Virus record (IMG/VR): IMGVR_UViG_3300011113_000621
Span: 35,754 to 99,753 of that record
DNA: 64,000 nt
DNA from: a virus
Direction: 5' to 3' (one strand)
How positions within the stretch are numbered: position 1 is the stretch's first letter; each line of letters opens with the position of its first letter. Positions 45,043 to 54,200 of the stretch are shown piece after piece. The notes under the pieces were generated by a model. The model did not search any database and was not told the DNA's origin. It was given only the letters and a program-made list of their open reading frames with translations. The position numbers were made by a program, and so were the translations under genes.

Positions 45043-45813
45043 CTAAGCATCGAGCTTGAACTTCCGTGTTCGTTCGCCAAGAAGTTGCAAGCTGGCCCGA
45101 TCGGGAATTCCTGATGCGTCAGCTCCAACCCGTCCGGTGATTCGTTGCCAGCGTGCATAGGCGCTCTTAGTTTGTCCGTCGAACATGTCGGGAGTTTCCC
45201 CTATGAGACCCGTCACCTGTTTTAGGGCAAGCTGTACCAGACCGATGTCCTTGTTACGTCGTCCAGGCGTTACCCGTCTCACATCTACTATAGGGGCAGG
45301 CTGACCCGTCTCTTGTTTTATTGTTGGGGCAGGCTGCACTCTCGCAAACGCGAGAATCTCATGCCCGTCACGTATCCGTCTAAATACACCCCGCAGGCTG
45401 GGGTCTGATTTGGCAAGCCCGCTTGACACATCACCCTCAATGGTTCCGACCAGGCCTGCGGTCTCCCACTCCCTAACGTCAGCTACCAGGCCAACGTGCA
45501 TAGTCTGAAAAGGCGAGCCCGTCGCAAACACAAAGAACACGATGTCACCAGGCTGGGGTTTTTCTACGACCCGTCTGGCTTTTATAAACTCCGCAAGCCC
45601 GCTGGCTGGGTATGTCACACTTGGAATGATCAAGCCTGCGTCATGAAACACGCAGTCAATAAACGCGCCCGCCCATGTTACTCCGGAGTAACCAACACGC
45701 TCGGAGAACTCCGCCCGTCCTCCTTGAGGGACGTAGCCTAACCAGGCTGCTGCCGTCTCAAGTTGAGGAGCGTCAGGCTGCGTAGTGCGTAAGAAGAATT
45801 TTTTCCAGTTCAT
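45043..45813 (-). CDS. CHAP-like domain plus peptidoglycan-binding domain protein (endolysin-like)
   Basis: WAGAFID, PQPGDIVFF, HVGLV, TIEGD; C-terminal VQLAL...FDGQTKSAYARWQ...ASGIP. Confidence 0.7.
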   Translation of the reverse strand: MNWKKFFLRTTQPDAPQLETAAAWLGYVPQGGRAEFSERVGYSGVTWAGAFIDCVFHDAGLIIPSVTYPASGLAEFIKARRVVEKPQPGDIVFFVFATGSPFQTMHVGLVADVREWETAGLVGTIEGDVSSGLAKSDPSLRGVFRRIRDGHEILAFARVQPAPTIKQETGQPAPIVDVRRVTPGRRNKDIGLVQLALKQVTGLIGETPDMFDGQTKSAYARWQRITGRVGADASGIPDRASLQLLGERTRKFKLDA

Positions 45814-45955
45814 TAACAAGTGTCTCTGCCTCATTTGCTCTAGCCGTTAGGCGAATGTGCTCTTCACGAGTTGCAGCAAGCTCAACGTCATTGATAAGTT
45901 TAGCCGCATGTTCACGCATTAGAAATAGGGTCTCCTCAAGCTGGGTTATCGTCAT
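45773..45955 (-). CDS. Small hypothetical protein
   Basis: Helical 60-aa ORF overlapping both neighbours. Confidence 0.5.
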   Translation of the reverse strand: MTITQLEETLFLMREHAAKLINDVELAATREEHIRLTARANEAETLVNELEKILLTHYAA

Positions 45956-46868
45956 CGCCTGTGATCTCCTGTGCGTCCTCTATATTTGAGTTGTCACTTG
46001 CCGTCTCTGGGTCTAACGCTCGATCAACGATCTCTCCTGCAACGATAAGAGCGCCCGCCTTTAATCGCTCGAGTCTCTCGGCGATAATCTCAGACGCTGG
46101 CCTGTCGTTAGTTAAAACCGTCGCGTCTAACTCTATACCGCCGCGGACTCCCGCGCGATCTAGAATCTCCGTAGATGCTTTTAATCTTACTGGCTCACTG
46201 GTGGCGTATTGCATTAACTCCTCGAGAGCATCAACCGCATATGGAGCGGATTGCACCAGCTTCTTACGAGCACGCTCAATCTCGTCACTCGGTCTCTTGG
46301 CGACATGACGTAGGTGAACACGACACATGCCGGAGTCCTTGGGGCGTCCGCTTGTCCAGAGCATGCAGCGTATCCCGTCATCTTTAATATACGTGCAGCG
46401 AGTTGGAAGCGCGGTCGGTCTTCTCTTCTCGGTGGCAATTGGGTTATCCTGCTCGGCCATCCACATCTTGGTGGCACCAAGGACCCAGGTAGGAACAAGG
46501 TTATCCGAGGCAGGCTCTGCAATTAGGTCCATGCCTGAAAGGTAATCTGAGTTGATGTTGCCTGGATCAACCATGATCGGTTTCTTCTCCGCTAGGGAGA
46601 GAAGGCGACGCTGCTTAACCATGTCCTTTGATCTCGCCATGATGAGACCAGTGGGTACGCCGTTGGATGCATAGACCGTATCCCAGCCAAGTTGGTTGGA
46701 TCTTAGGATGGATCTGTTTTCAAAGGTATCCTCACAAACACCGCGCTCTGACTCGATGATTCCAAGTGAGCCGAGATCCGGGCGAAGGTTTACACCTTCC
46801 TCAAGAATTAAAAAGTCAGGAGCGTCTTCGCTATCGCTACTCTGTGATGCAAGTTCTCTGCTGCTCAT
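45936..46868 (-). CDS. Putative terminase small subunit-like protein
   Basis: RCTYIKDDGIRC...MCRVH zinc knuckle followed by AVDALEELM...EPVRLKASTEILDRAG helical motif seen in TerS-like proteins. Confidence 0.5.
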   Translation of the reverse strand: MSSRELASQSSDSEDAPDFLILEEGVNLRPDLGSLGIIESERGVCEDTFENRSILRSNQLGWDTVYASNGVPTGLIMARSKDMVKQRRLLSLAEKKPIMVDPGNINSDYLSGMDLIAEPASDNLVPTWVLGATKMWMAEQDNPIATEKRRPTALPTRCTYIKDDGIRCMLWTSGRPKDSGMCRVHLRHVAKRPSDEIERARKKLVQSAPYAVDALEELMQYATSEPVRLKASTEILDRAGVRGGIELDATVLTNDRPASEIIAERLERLKAGALIVAGEIVDRALDPETASDNSNIEDAQEITGDDDNPA

Positions 46869-46889
46869 AGTTCAATTGTACATATGAGT

Positions 46890-46941
46890 TAAAAAAGAGA
46901 CAGTCTCCAACTCAGGGGGAGAGGACTAGAGCTGGAGACTG
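46890..46941 (-). terminator. Intrinsic terminator after holin
   Basis: CAGTCTCCAGCTC/GAGTTGGAGACTG stem then TCTCTTTTTT on the minus strand. Confidence 0.75.
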
Positions 46942-46961
46942 CCTGTTCTAGATTTTGAGGC

Positions 46962-47147
46962 TTACGCCTTCTTACCGAATGCGGTGTCGCTTGGATTTAG
47001 GTAGCGAAGAATTACTGGAAGGACAGCCGCGAGGCCAGCCTTAGCAATGTCCGCTGGATCAGTGACGCCAGCCATGTAGACTGCAATTCCTGCGGCAAGA
47101 AATGAACGTGCCCAGGATGCTGCCATAGCTTTTAGTTCTTTTGACAT
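46962..47147 (-). CDS. Holin
   Basis: SWARSFLAAGIAVYMAG...AAVLPVILRYLNPSDTAFG; two TM segments; near the CHAP-like gene. Confidence 0.75.
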   Translation of the reverse strand: MSKELKAMAASWARSFLAAGIAVYMAGVTDPADIAKAGLAAVLPVILRYLNPSDTAFGKKA

Positions 47148-47274
47148 GTAGTCTCCTTTTGAGTCAGGGGATTGACTCAGGGAAATTCTACATGGGTGTT
47201 GGAAAGTTTATTTGGGAAGTCGAATCAGAAACCCGCGCTTTTAAGGTATGTAGAAACAGTATAATGAAACTGCT

Positions 47275-47547
47275 TCAAACACCCGCCGGGAGTATGGGAT
47301 CATCTCCGTTTATCACGTCAATGGCTCTGCGCAACCCCAAGGTATAAAGCGAGTCATCGTTAGGTACTTCCGTCTCCCAGTCAACCATCATCTTTGATAA
47401 CTCAGAGCTAAGATACTCCTGCCACTTGTCAAAGGCAGCAAATATCTCAAGCTCAAGTTCACCTGGGTGGACTGGTGGATCACTGAGCTGCTTAGAGATC
47501 TTGGCGTAAAGCTCAAGAGCAATTACGTCTTTCTTCTTTGGTGTCAT
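47275..47547 (-). CDS. Hypothetical protein
   Basis: AAGGAG RBS; YTLGLRRAIDVI. Confidence 0.65.
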   Translation of the reverse strand: MTPKKKDVIALELYAKISKQLSDPPVHPGELELEIFAAFDKWQEYLSSELSKMMVDWETEVPNDDSLYTLGLRRAIDVINGDDPILPAGV

Positions 47548-47756
47548 TTTTTCTCCTTGTTTTTAGTAACCGTCACGTCCTTGGGTTTCCATGACTTATT
47601 ACATGAACACCCACATATCCACAACTTATCAAACCACGCGATTTCGTGAGCGCAGTTTTCGTGAATCCCCTCCTGGCAAAAACCACAAGGCTTCTCTCGG
47701 TGGATAATCTCTCTGGTGCCAAACCACTCGTTGTGATTATTAGGTTCTCTACTCAA
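47544..47756 (-). CDS. Small Cys/His-rich protein
   Basis: CGFC..GIHENC...CGCSC. Confidence 0.6.
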   Translation of the reverse strand: MSREPNNHNEWFGTREIIHREKPCGFCQEGIHENCAHEIAWFDKLWICGCSCNKSWKPKDVTVTKNKEKK

Positions 47757-48462
47757 CGCGCAACACCGTCCCCTTATGATGAAGAACCTTTACCTGAGGA
47801 TCCAGCATTATCTTGAATCCGGCCTCCTTAGCATTTTCACACCAGGCATAGTCCTCACCCATGTTTACCTCAAAACCAATTTCCTCCTGCCAAAGCATGT
47901 GGCGAATCTTGAACCAGGGGCGAGGCATCTTTTCAAAGACTCCCTGCTTCATTGCAACAAACCCAAAGCCAACGCCGCCGACCTCGATTGGATCCCAGTC
48001 AATGAGTAGATCTTTCTTGTTGGTCTTTTGTGGTCGACCAAACTTGTCTGGAAAGTTCACCGCGACCGTCCCATTAGGGTGCGTCTGGTAGACTCCAGAG
48101 ATGATGTCATGCTCTGACTCGTAGATCTGTAAGAACTGTTCAGGCGTCCACTCAATATCTGAGTCAATCCAAAAGATCTTCCTGTAGGTGTATTTTCCGC
48201 CGCCAATGTCTCTCGTCTTCCAGTTATGTCCAAAGGAATCAGTTGCAACCATCTCACGAGTGCTAGGGATAAACGAACCTGATTTATGAAGCAGGTGATA
48301 TGAAATCCCCTTCTCATTGAGAACCTTGGTCGTCTCAACCAGACTTGTCACATACTCGGGGACAAAGGAAAATGCAGGTGTCGCAATCAGAACGTCATAG
48401 TGAACTACGTCCGCCTTGACTATGGGAAGCTCATTTATCTGACTCACACTGATACTCTGCAC
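47749..48462 (-). CDS. Glycosyltransferase (GT-A fold)
   Basis: VLIATP, FWIDSDI (DxD), GFGFVAM, GEDYAWC, KVLHHK. Confidence 0.8.
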   Translation of the reverse strand: MQSISVSQINELPIVKADVVHYDVLIATPAFSFVPEYVTSLVETTKVLNEKGISYHLLHKSGSFIPSTREMVATDSFGHNWKTRDIGGGKYTYRKIFWIDSDIEWTPEQFLQIYESEHDIISGVYQTHPNGTVAVNFPDKFGRPQKTNKKDLLIDWDPIEVGGVGFGFVAMKQGVFEKMPRPWFKIRHMLWQEEIGFEVNMGEDYAWCENAKEAGFKIMLDPQVKVLHHKGTVLRVE

Positions 48463-48908
48463 TCATCACAAAGCAACGCGTCAAACCCAGTTGCATAATC
48501 CGCACTAAAGCCATTTTGAGTCACAGGCACGGGAGTAACCCGTTTATCCGAGGAACCGCAACGTGCACACTCTAATGAAACAATCCACTCAACCTTACGA
48601 CCAGCCTCAAGGCAGGCAGAGATCCCACGGGTTAATGCATGCATCGGTCCTGCGCCCTCAGTCTTACGTAGGAACATTCTTGTGTCCTCTGCCTCAAGGA
48701 CAGGTGTGATCTTCTTGCAAGGGCACATCATGGCACTGGGCTTACACACAAGTATTCCATTGTAGGTTGTGTGCTTGCTTACCGCATGACCACAGACGCA
48801 AACCCGTCTATCCCTCTTGGTCTTACTCTTGCGTGTAAGTTTTTGATCTACCTCTCGAGCTTCCTCGACAGATATTCCCATTGCCTCAAGGGCGTTTTTC
48901 TTAGACAC
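48444..48908 (-). CDS. Multi-Cys zinc-binding protein
   Basis: CVCGH...H...C...CPC, CARC, CDEC; start re-assigned to GTG 48908. Confidence 0.65.
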   Translation of the reverse strand: MSKKNALEAMGISVEEAREVDQKLTRKSKTKRDRRVCVCGHAVSKHTTYNGILVCKPSAMMCPCKKITPVLEAEDTRMFLRKTEGAGPMHALTRGISACLEAGRKVEWIVSLECARCGSSDKRVTPVPVTQNGFSADYATGFDALLCDECRVSV

Positions 48909-49080
48909 TAAACCACATCCAGCCAAATGAAACCCAGCAAAATGAAAGCATAGCCGCGATGGCATAAAGCATTCTACTCATCATTTTGTTCTCGTCTTTG
49001 ACTGGCCAAGCATAGAAAAATAGAATTCCAGCCGCGATAGTTCCTAGTACCAAAGCAATCAAAACTCCAGTATCTCTCAT
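48901..49080 (-). CDS. Small two-TM membrane protein
   Basis: Manual ORF MRDTGVLIALVLGTIAAGILFFYAWP...LYAIAAMLSFCWVSFGWMWFSV with AGAGGA RBS. Confidence 0.6.
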   Translation of the reverse strand: MRDTGVLIALVLGTIAAGILFFYAWPVKDENKMMSRMLYAIAAMLSFCWVSFGWMWFSV

Positions 49081-49149
49081 GTAAAATTCCTCTCTGTGTC
49101 CTCGGGTTAAATCTTCCTGTAATTATATAACTATTTCTACTGAAAAGTA

Positions 49150-49520
49150 CAACCATACTCAACCATAGTTCAACTATAATTCATAATTCTTTAATACTCA
49201 ACTATATTTATCGTCGCCCCTAGGAGAAACTCTATACGCGTATACTAAATATAGTAGAGTATTAAAGAATTAAGATATACAGAATATTATAAATATGGGG
49301 CTTACTAGGTCATTTTGAACTTTTTGAACTACTTTTTTGACCTAGTATGTCTCCAATAGCCTACTAGGTCTCTTTGACGTTTTCGAACTACTTTTCTCAC
49401 CTAGTATGTCAAGAAGGTGCCGTCTCCTTCGTCACCTAATAATAAACCCCGAGATCTTCATTTATATAATAGCAATATAGTTGAGTATAGTTGACTATTA
49501 TAAGTGGTTGAGCATTATAA
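49150..49520. repeat. AT-rich region with 27-bp inverted repeat and 59-bp-period direct repeat (candidate replication origin)
   Basis: Inverted repeat 49184-49210/49246-49272 (one mismatch); direct repeat units 49303-49351 and 49362-49410; short CAAC(C/T)ATA copies and their inverses; located at the strand switch. Confidence 0.7.
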
Positions 49521-49607
49521 ATATACAAACAATTATATCTTTTTTCGCCCTAAAATCACCGCTCTCAAAGCCTCATCACGCTCCTATTTACAGGTTAAGA
49601 TTTCATC

Positions 49608-49856
49608 ATGTTATCGCACGGAGTACCAAACTACTCGCCGCATGCTCAGGCGATGTTACGCCTTACAGCTTGCTCTACTACTCTGCGCTCTCTAATTCTC
49701 AACCTCGAGGATCCTCAGGACGAGGACCTTCGCGTTGATCTTCTCATATCCTGTGACGAGGTAATAAATCAGGCAAATCAGCTCTACCTTCAAATCTCAG
49801 AGATGACTTGGAAAGAGCTTGACCGTCGTAATCACCCCTCGTCTGACATCGCTTAA
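49608..49856 (+). CDS. Hypothetical protein
   Basis: 82-aa helical ORF; start uncertain. Confidence 0.45.
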   Translation: MLSHGVPNYSPHAQAMLRLTACSTTLRSLILNLEDPQDEDLRVDLLISCDEVINQANQLYLQISEMTWKELDRRNHPSSDIA

Positions 49857-49894
49857 CTTTAATCGTGTTCCCTTGCATATGATAGAATTGTCAT

Positions 49895-50812
49895 ATGGCA
49901 AGGCTACTTGGCACAGCTGCATCTCACGGTAGCGGTAATCGCCAAACTATAGATGTAACCTACCTCGTCTTAGCAGGTGGCGGTGGCGGTGGAGGCTCGT
50001 ATCCTAGCTACGGTAGCATGGGTGGCGGCGGAGCTGGCGGTTACAGAACGTCTTTTGGAAGTGGAAACATCTCTGGCGGAAACTCCGCAGTTGAATCTCC
50101 AGCGCCTATCAATAAGGGTGCCAACTATACAGTAACAGTTGGTGCAGCAGGTCCAGGCGCAGGAGCAGGTGGCGGTGGTGGAACTCCTGGAAATAACTCC
50201 GTGTTTGGTTCTATCACATCTCTTGGTGGAGCAACAGTTGGTGGTAATGGTGGTTCAGGTGGCGGTGGACTTTGGGCTGGTGGAGTAGACAATGGAAGTA
50301 ACTGGCCAACAGGATTTGGAAATGGAACTACAGGTCAAGGTTCTAACGGCGGCAATGGACGAAACGGTTACGGTTGCGCTGGTGCAGGCGGAGGTGGCGG
50401 TGGTGCAGGCTCAGTAGGTGGTGACGCATCTTGCGGAAGTGGCGGAGCTGGTGGTTCAGGTTTAGCAAATTCAATTACAGGTACCTCAGTAACTCGTGCA
50501 GCGGGCGGAGGCGGTGGAGCATGCTCCGGAGGAGCTGGTGGCTCTAGCGGTCTTGGCGGTGCTGGTGGCTCTGGTGGAAATGGTGGCAATGCATCAACAG
50601 TGAACACTGGCTCAGGTGGCGGTGGCGGTGGAAACTGTGGCAGCGGAACTCAGTCAGGTGGAAATGGAAGTTCAGGTGTCGTTATTCTTCGTTGGCCAAC
50701 TGCCTCTGCAACAATTACAATTGGCGCTGGCCTGACAGGTTCTACTAGCACGTCTGGATCTGATACAATAGCGACTATTACTTCTGGCACGGGAACGGTG
50801 AGCTTCGCATAA
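49895..50812 (+). CDS. Glycine-rich domain protein (virion fibre/adhesin-like)
   Basis: YLVLAGGGGGG...GGGGAGGYRT...GGNGSSGVVILRW; leaderless start after TGATAGAAT. Confidence 0.75.
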   Translation: MARLLGTAASHGSGNRQTIDVTYLVLAGGGGGGGSYPSYGSMGGGGAGGYRTSFGSGNISGGNSAVESPAPINKGANYTVTVGAAGPGAGAGGGGGTPGNNSVFGSITSLGGATVGGNGGSGGGGLWAGGVDNGSNWPTGFGNGTTGQGSNGGNGRNGYGCAGAGGGGGGAGSVGGDASCGSGGAGGSGLANSITGTSVTRAAGGGGGACSGGAGGSSGLGGAGGSGGNGGNASTVNTGSGGGGGGNCGSGTQSGGNGSSGVVILRWPTASATITIGAGLTGSTSTSGSDTIATITSGTGTVSFA

Positions 50813-51168
50813 TGGCACATTACGCATTTTTAGATAACAACAATATTGTTACTGAAGTAATTACTGGCATTGATGAAGACCAGCTAATTGAAGGGAAGTC
50901 TCCTGAAGTTTGGTACGGAGAATTTAGAAATCAACGCTGTGTAAGAACTTCTTACAACAACAATATTCGTAAAAACTTTGCTGGCGTAGGATACACATAT
51001 GATGAAGAAAAAGACGCATTCATTCCACCAAAACCATTTAATTCTTGGACGCTAAACGAAGACACATATTGGTGGGAACCTCCCGTCCCGTATCCATTAG
51101 ACGCCGAGATGGCGCATATCTGGGACGAAAACACCCTTAGCTGGGTTAAGCAATCTCTTTCTCTTTAA
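50812..51168 (+). CDS. Partner of Gly-rich protein (MAHYA...TSYN..RKNFAG.GYTYD...DAFIPPKP)
   Basis: Coupled TAATG; paralogous to 57024-57356. Confidence 0.75.
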   Translation: MAHYAFLDNNNIVTEVITGIDEDQLIEGKSPEVWYGEFRNQRCVRTSYNNNIRKNFAGVGYTYDEEKDAFIPPKPFNSWTLNEDTYWWEPPVPYPLDAEMAHIWDENTLSWVKQSLSL

Positions 51169-51237
51169 TCACCTGTATCATTTTCAGGAAAATAAGATAA
51201 AATAACCGTTTGGGGAGACTTCTCATTGGAGTCTTAG

Positions 51238-54200
51238 TTGTCACCGAAGCACCGCGCTCAAAAACTTGCGCTCGCTACTTTTCTTGCGACTGGCTATATA
51301 GCCTTTACGCCTTCTTCGTCTTACGCCGAGGAGACTCAAGCTTCGCCTTCACCCGCGCCAAGTCAGACTCAGCAGCCAGAACCTTCGCCTTCTCCCACTT
51401 CAGAAGCATCTCAAGCTCCAACACCTGCTTCTTCAACGGCTCCTTCGTCCACACCCACCCAAGAACAATCCCAGAGCACAAGCAATACGCAGCAAACAAC
51501 ATCTCAAGAATCGACATCTTCTACTCCTCCAAGTCCTGGTCCCACTGCATCTCAGACTTCTCAAGAACCTTCGACAAGTTCAGCACCAACAGGTACGTCG
51601 CCAGAGCCATCGTCAGGATCGACACAAACGCAGCAGCAAGAATCTTCTTCACCAAATAATCCTACACCTGCGGTGACAAGTTCGACTGAGCCTACTACGC
51701 CACCGCCTCCTCCCACAAACCAGGATCTCGTTAACCAAGCACAGGCAACCGTAACCGCACAAAGTACAATACTTACCGAGGTTTCCAACACATCCGCGTC
51801 TCTTTCAACTGAGCCCAACCCCTCGACTACCGCGGCAATAACTACTGCTCAAGCAGCTATCACCGACGCTCAAACGGCTGTGACTGCCGCTCAAACCGCG
51901 GTGACAAACGAGCAAACCGCACAAACGACCCTAACCCAAACACAGCAAACCTTAACCACCGCAACTCAAGCAGTTGCCACTACGACCCAAACTTTAACAA
52001 CGGCCCAGGCAGAAAGCACTCAAGCCCAAACGGCAGTGACAACTCAGACAGCAGTTGTTGCAACGGCCCAGGCAGACGTTACTGAAAAGACAGAAGTTCT
52101 TACCCAGGCAACTCAGGCAGTGACAACACAAACTGCGGTTGTAACTCAGGTAACTGAAACTGCTGCGTCTGCTCAACAGGCAGCTGCCACTGCAACCACC
52201 ACTGATGTAACTACACACACATTTCAAACTTCTCCTAATGATAACTTGGCTAATCCTCCTGCAGGTGCGATAACTGTAGCGACTGTATTAGCAAAGGATA
52301 GCAATGGAAACGTAACGTCTGAGCAGGCAGTTGTTGCTGGAGACAGCTTTAACACAACGGTAATTTCATCTGCTGGCTCTAGCCAGGCAGGAGCAAATAA
52401 TCCAAACGTGTCTGGAAATGCAGTTGAAATTAGAGCTAACCCAAACGAGACAATGATACGTGTTGCCAACTGGTCTGATGCATCAGTCGTCAAGGTTGAG
52501 TTTAACGTATGGGCTAAAAACGGTCAACAGGTTGGCACCGTGCGTCACGTTGATGGGACTACCTTTGAGTTTATAATGAAGGATCTTGCAGGTCTTCCAA
52601 ACTACGGTGAGAAGATAACACTCAACGCTAACGTTGGAAACAAGATTCATGAGATCTTTTTCCCAGCAACAAATGACTGGTACACAGTTGATAACTTAAC
52701 AATCACGACAAATATGACAAACTCTACGCTAGTTGCCGCTGCCCAACAGGCACAGGCAACTGTTGTCACAGAGACTCAGACTTTGACAACACTGCAAACA
52801 CAACAGGCGACTGCCCAAACAAACCTTACTACTGCTCAAACAACGTTGACCACTGAGACCAATACTTTAACAACGTTGCAGGCAACCGCCACTGAAAAGG
52901 AGGCGGTAGTCGTTACCGCTCAAACTGCGGTTGTAGCTGCGCAAACTGAGGCAGCTCAGGCAACGGTTGCAGTTGCCACCGCGCAGACAAATTTAACCGC
53001 TGCCCAGGACGCGACTGCAAATGCAATCACGACCATGCAGGAAAAGGTTGAGTTAGCTCAACAGGCCGTGACAGTTGCAGATGTTCAAACAGACCTTGAC
53101 GTTGCGCAAAAACAAATCAACACTCAAACACAACAGGCACAAGCAAATAACACCGCAACCGAGGCAGCTCCAGTTATTGCAAACGCACAGGCGGCGGTTG
53201 ATACAGCTCGCGTTATTGCGGACGCCGCGTTAACTGCAGTTCAAACAGCGATCTCTCAAAACGCATCAGCTCCAACTGAGGCAGCAGCTCAAGCTCAAGT
53301 AACTCAAGCACAGGAAAACGTTACAACAACTCAAACGGCAGTAGTGACAGCTCAAACTGCGGTGACAAGCGCTCAAGCGGTTGTAGCCTCAGAGCAAACA
53401 GATGTTACGACTGCACAGGCAGCGGTTGCAACTGCGCAGGCAGCGGTTGACGCGGCAACAACATCTGGTGTTCAGGCAAAGGTCTATAACAACTTAGGAT
53501 ATAACAACGCTCCTCCGCTTCCTGGCGATAACCGTCTTATCTCAACAACTACGGTTAACAACATTCAATTTAGCTGGGGAGGCGGACCCGTTCTTAATAC
53601 ATTGTCCGAGGACGTTGCAGTCAAGTTTACAGGTCAACTAACTGCACCGGTGTCCGGAACAATTTACTTCTACGCTCCCGCGGATGACGGAACCATCCTG
53701 CAACTTGATGGCAACACCGTGATAAATGACTGGTATGACAAGGGAGGTGGCGGCTCAGTTCAAACCTACAACGTTGTTGCAGGTGATCCTATGGATCTCA
53801 CATTTTGGTTCTATGAAAACGGTGGCGGAGCTCACGTTAACCTTATGTGGAATATTGGTAACGGCTGGCAGACAATTCCTGCAAGTGCCTTTACTCAATC
53901 CAACGCTACGTTAGAGCAAATAACCGCGCTCTCAACTGCAAATAATAACTTAACCCTTGAGACTCAACAACTCTCTCAAGCACAAGGTACACTCACCAGT
54001 GCACAGTCAACTTTAACAACTACGCAGTCTAGTTTAACAATTGCACAAACAAATCTTGCATCTGCACAAACAACTCTTACCTCTGCCCAAACGGCTGATA
54101 CGGCGGTTGATACATCTGCAACTGCGGTAATCGCGGCGGTCAATGCAATTAACGTTGCGGAGACATATACCAATTCTCTTAGTTCAGATATTCATGCAAC

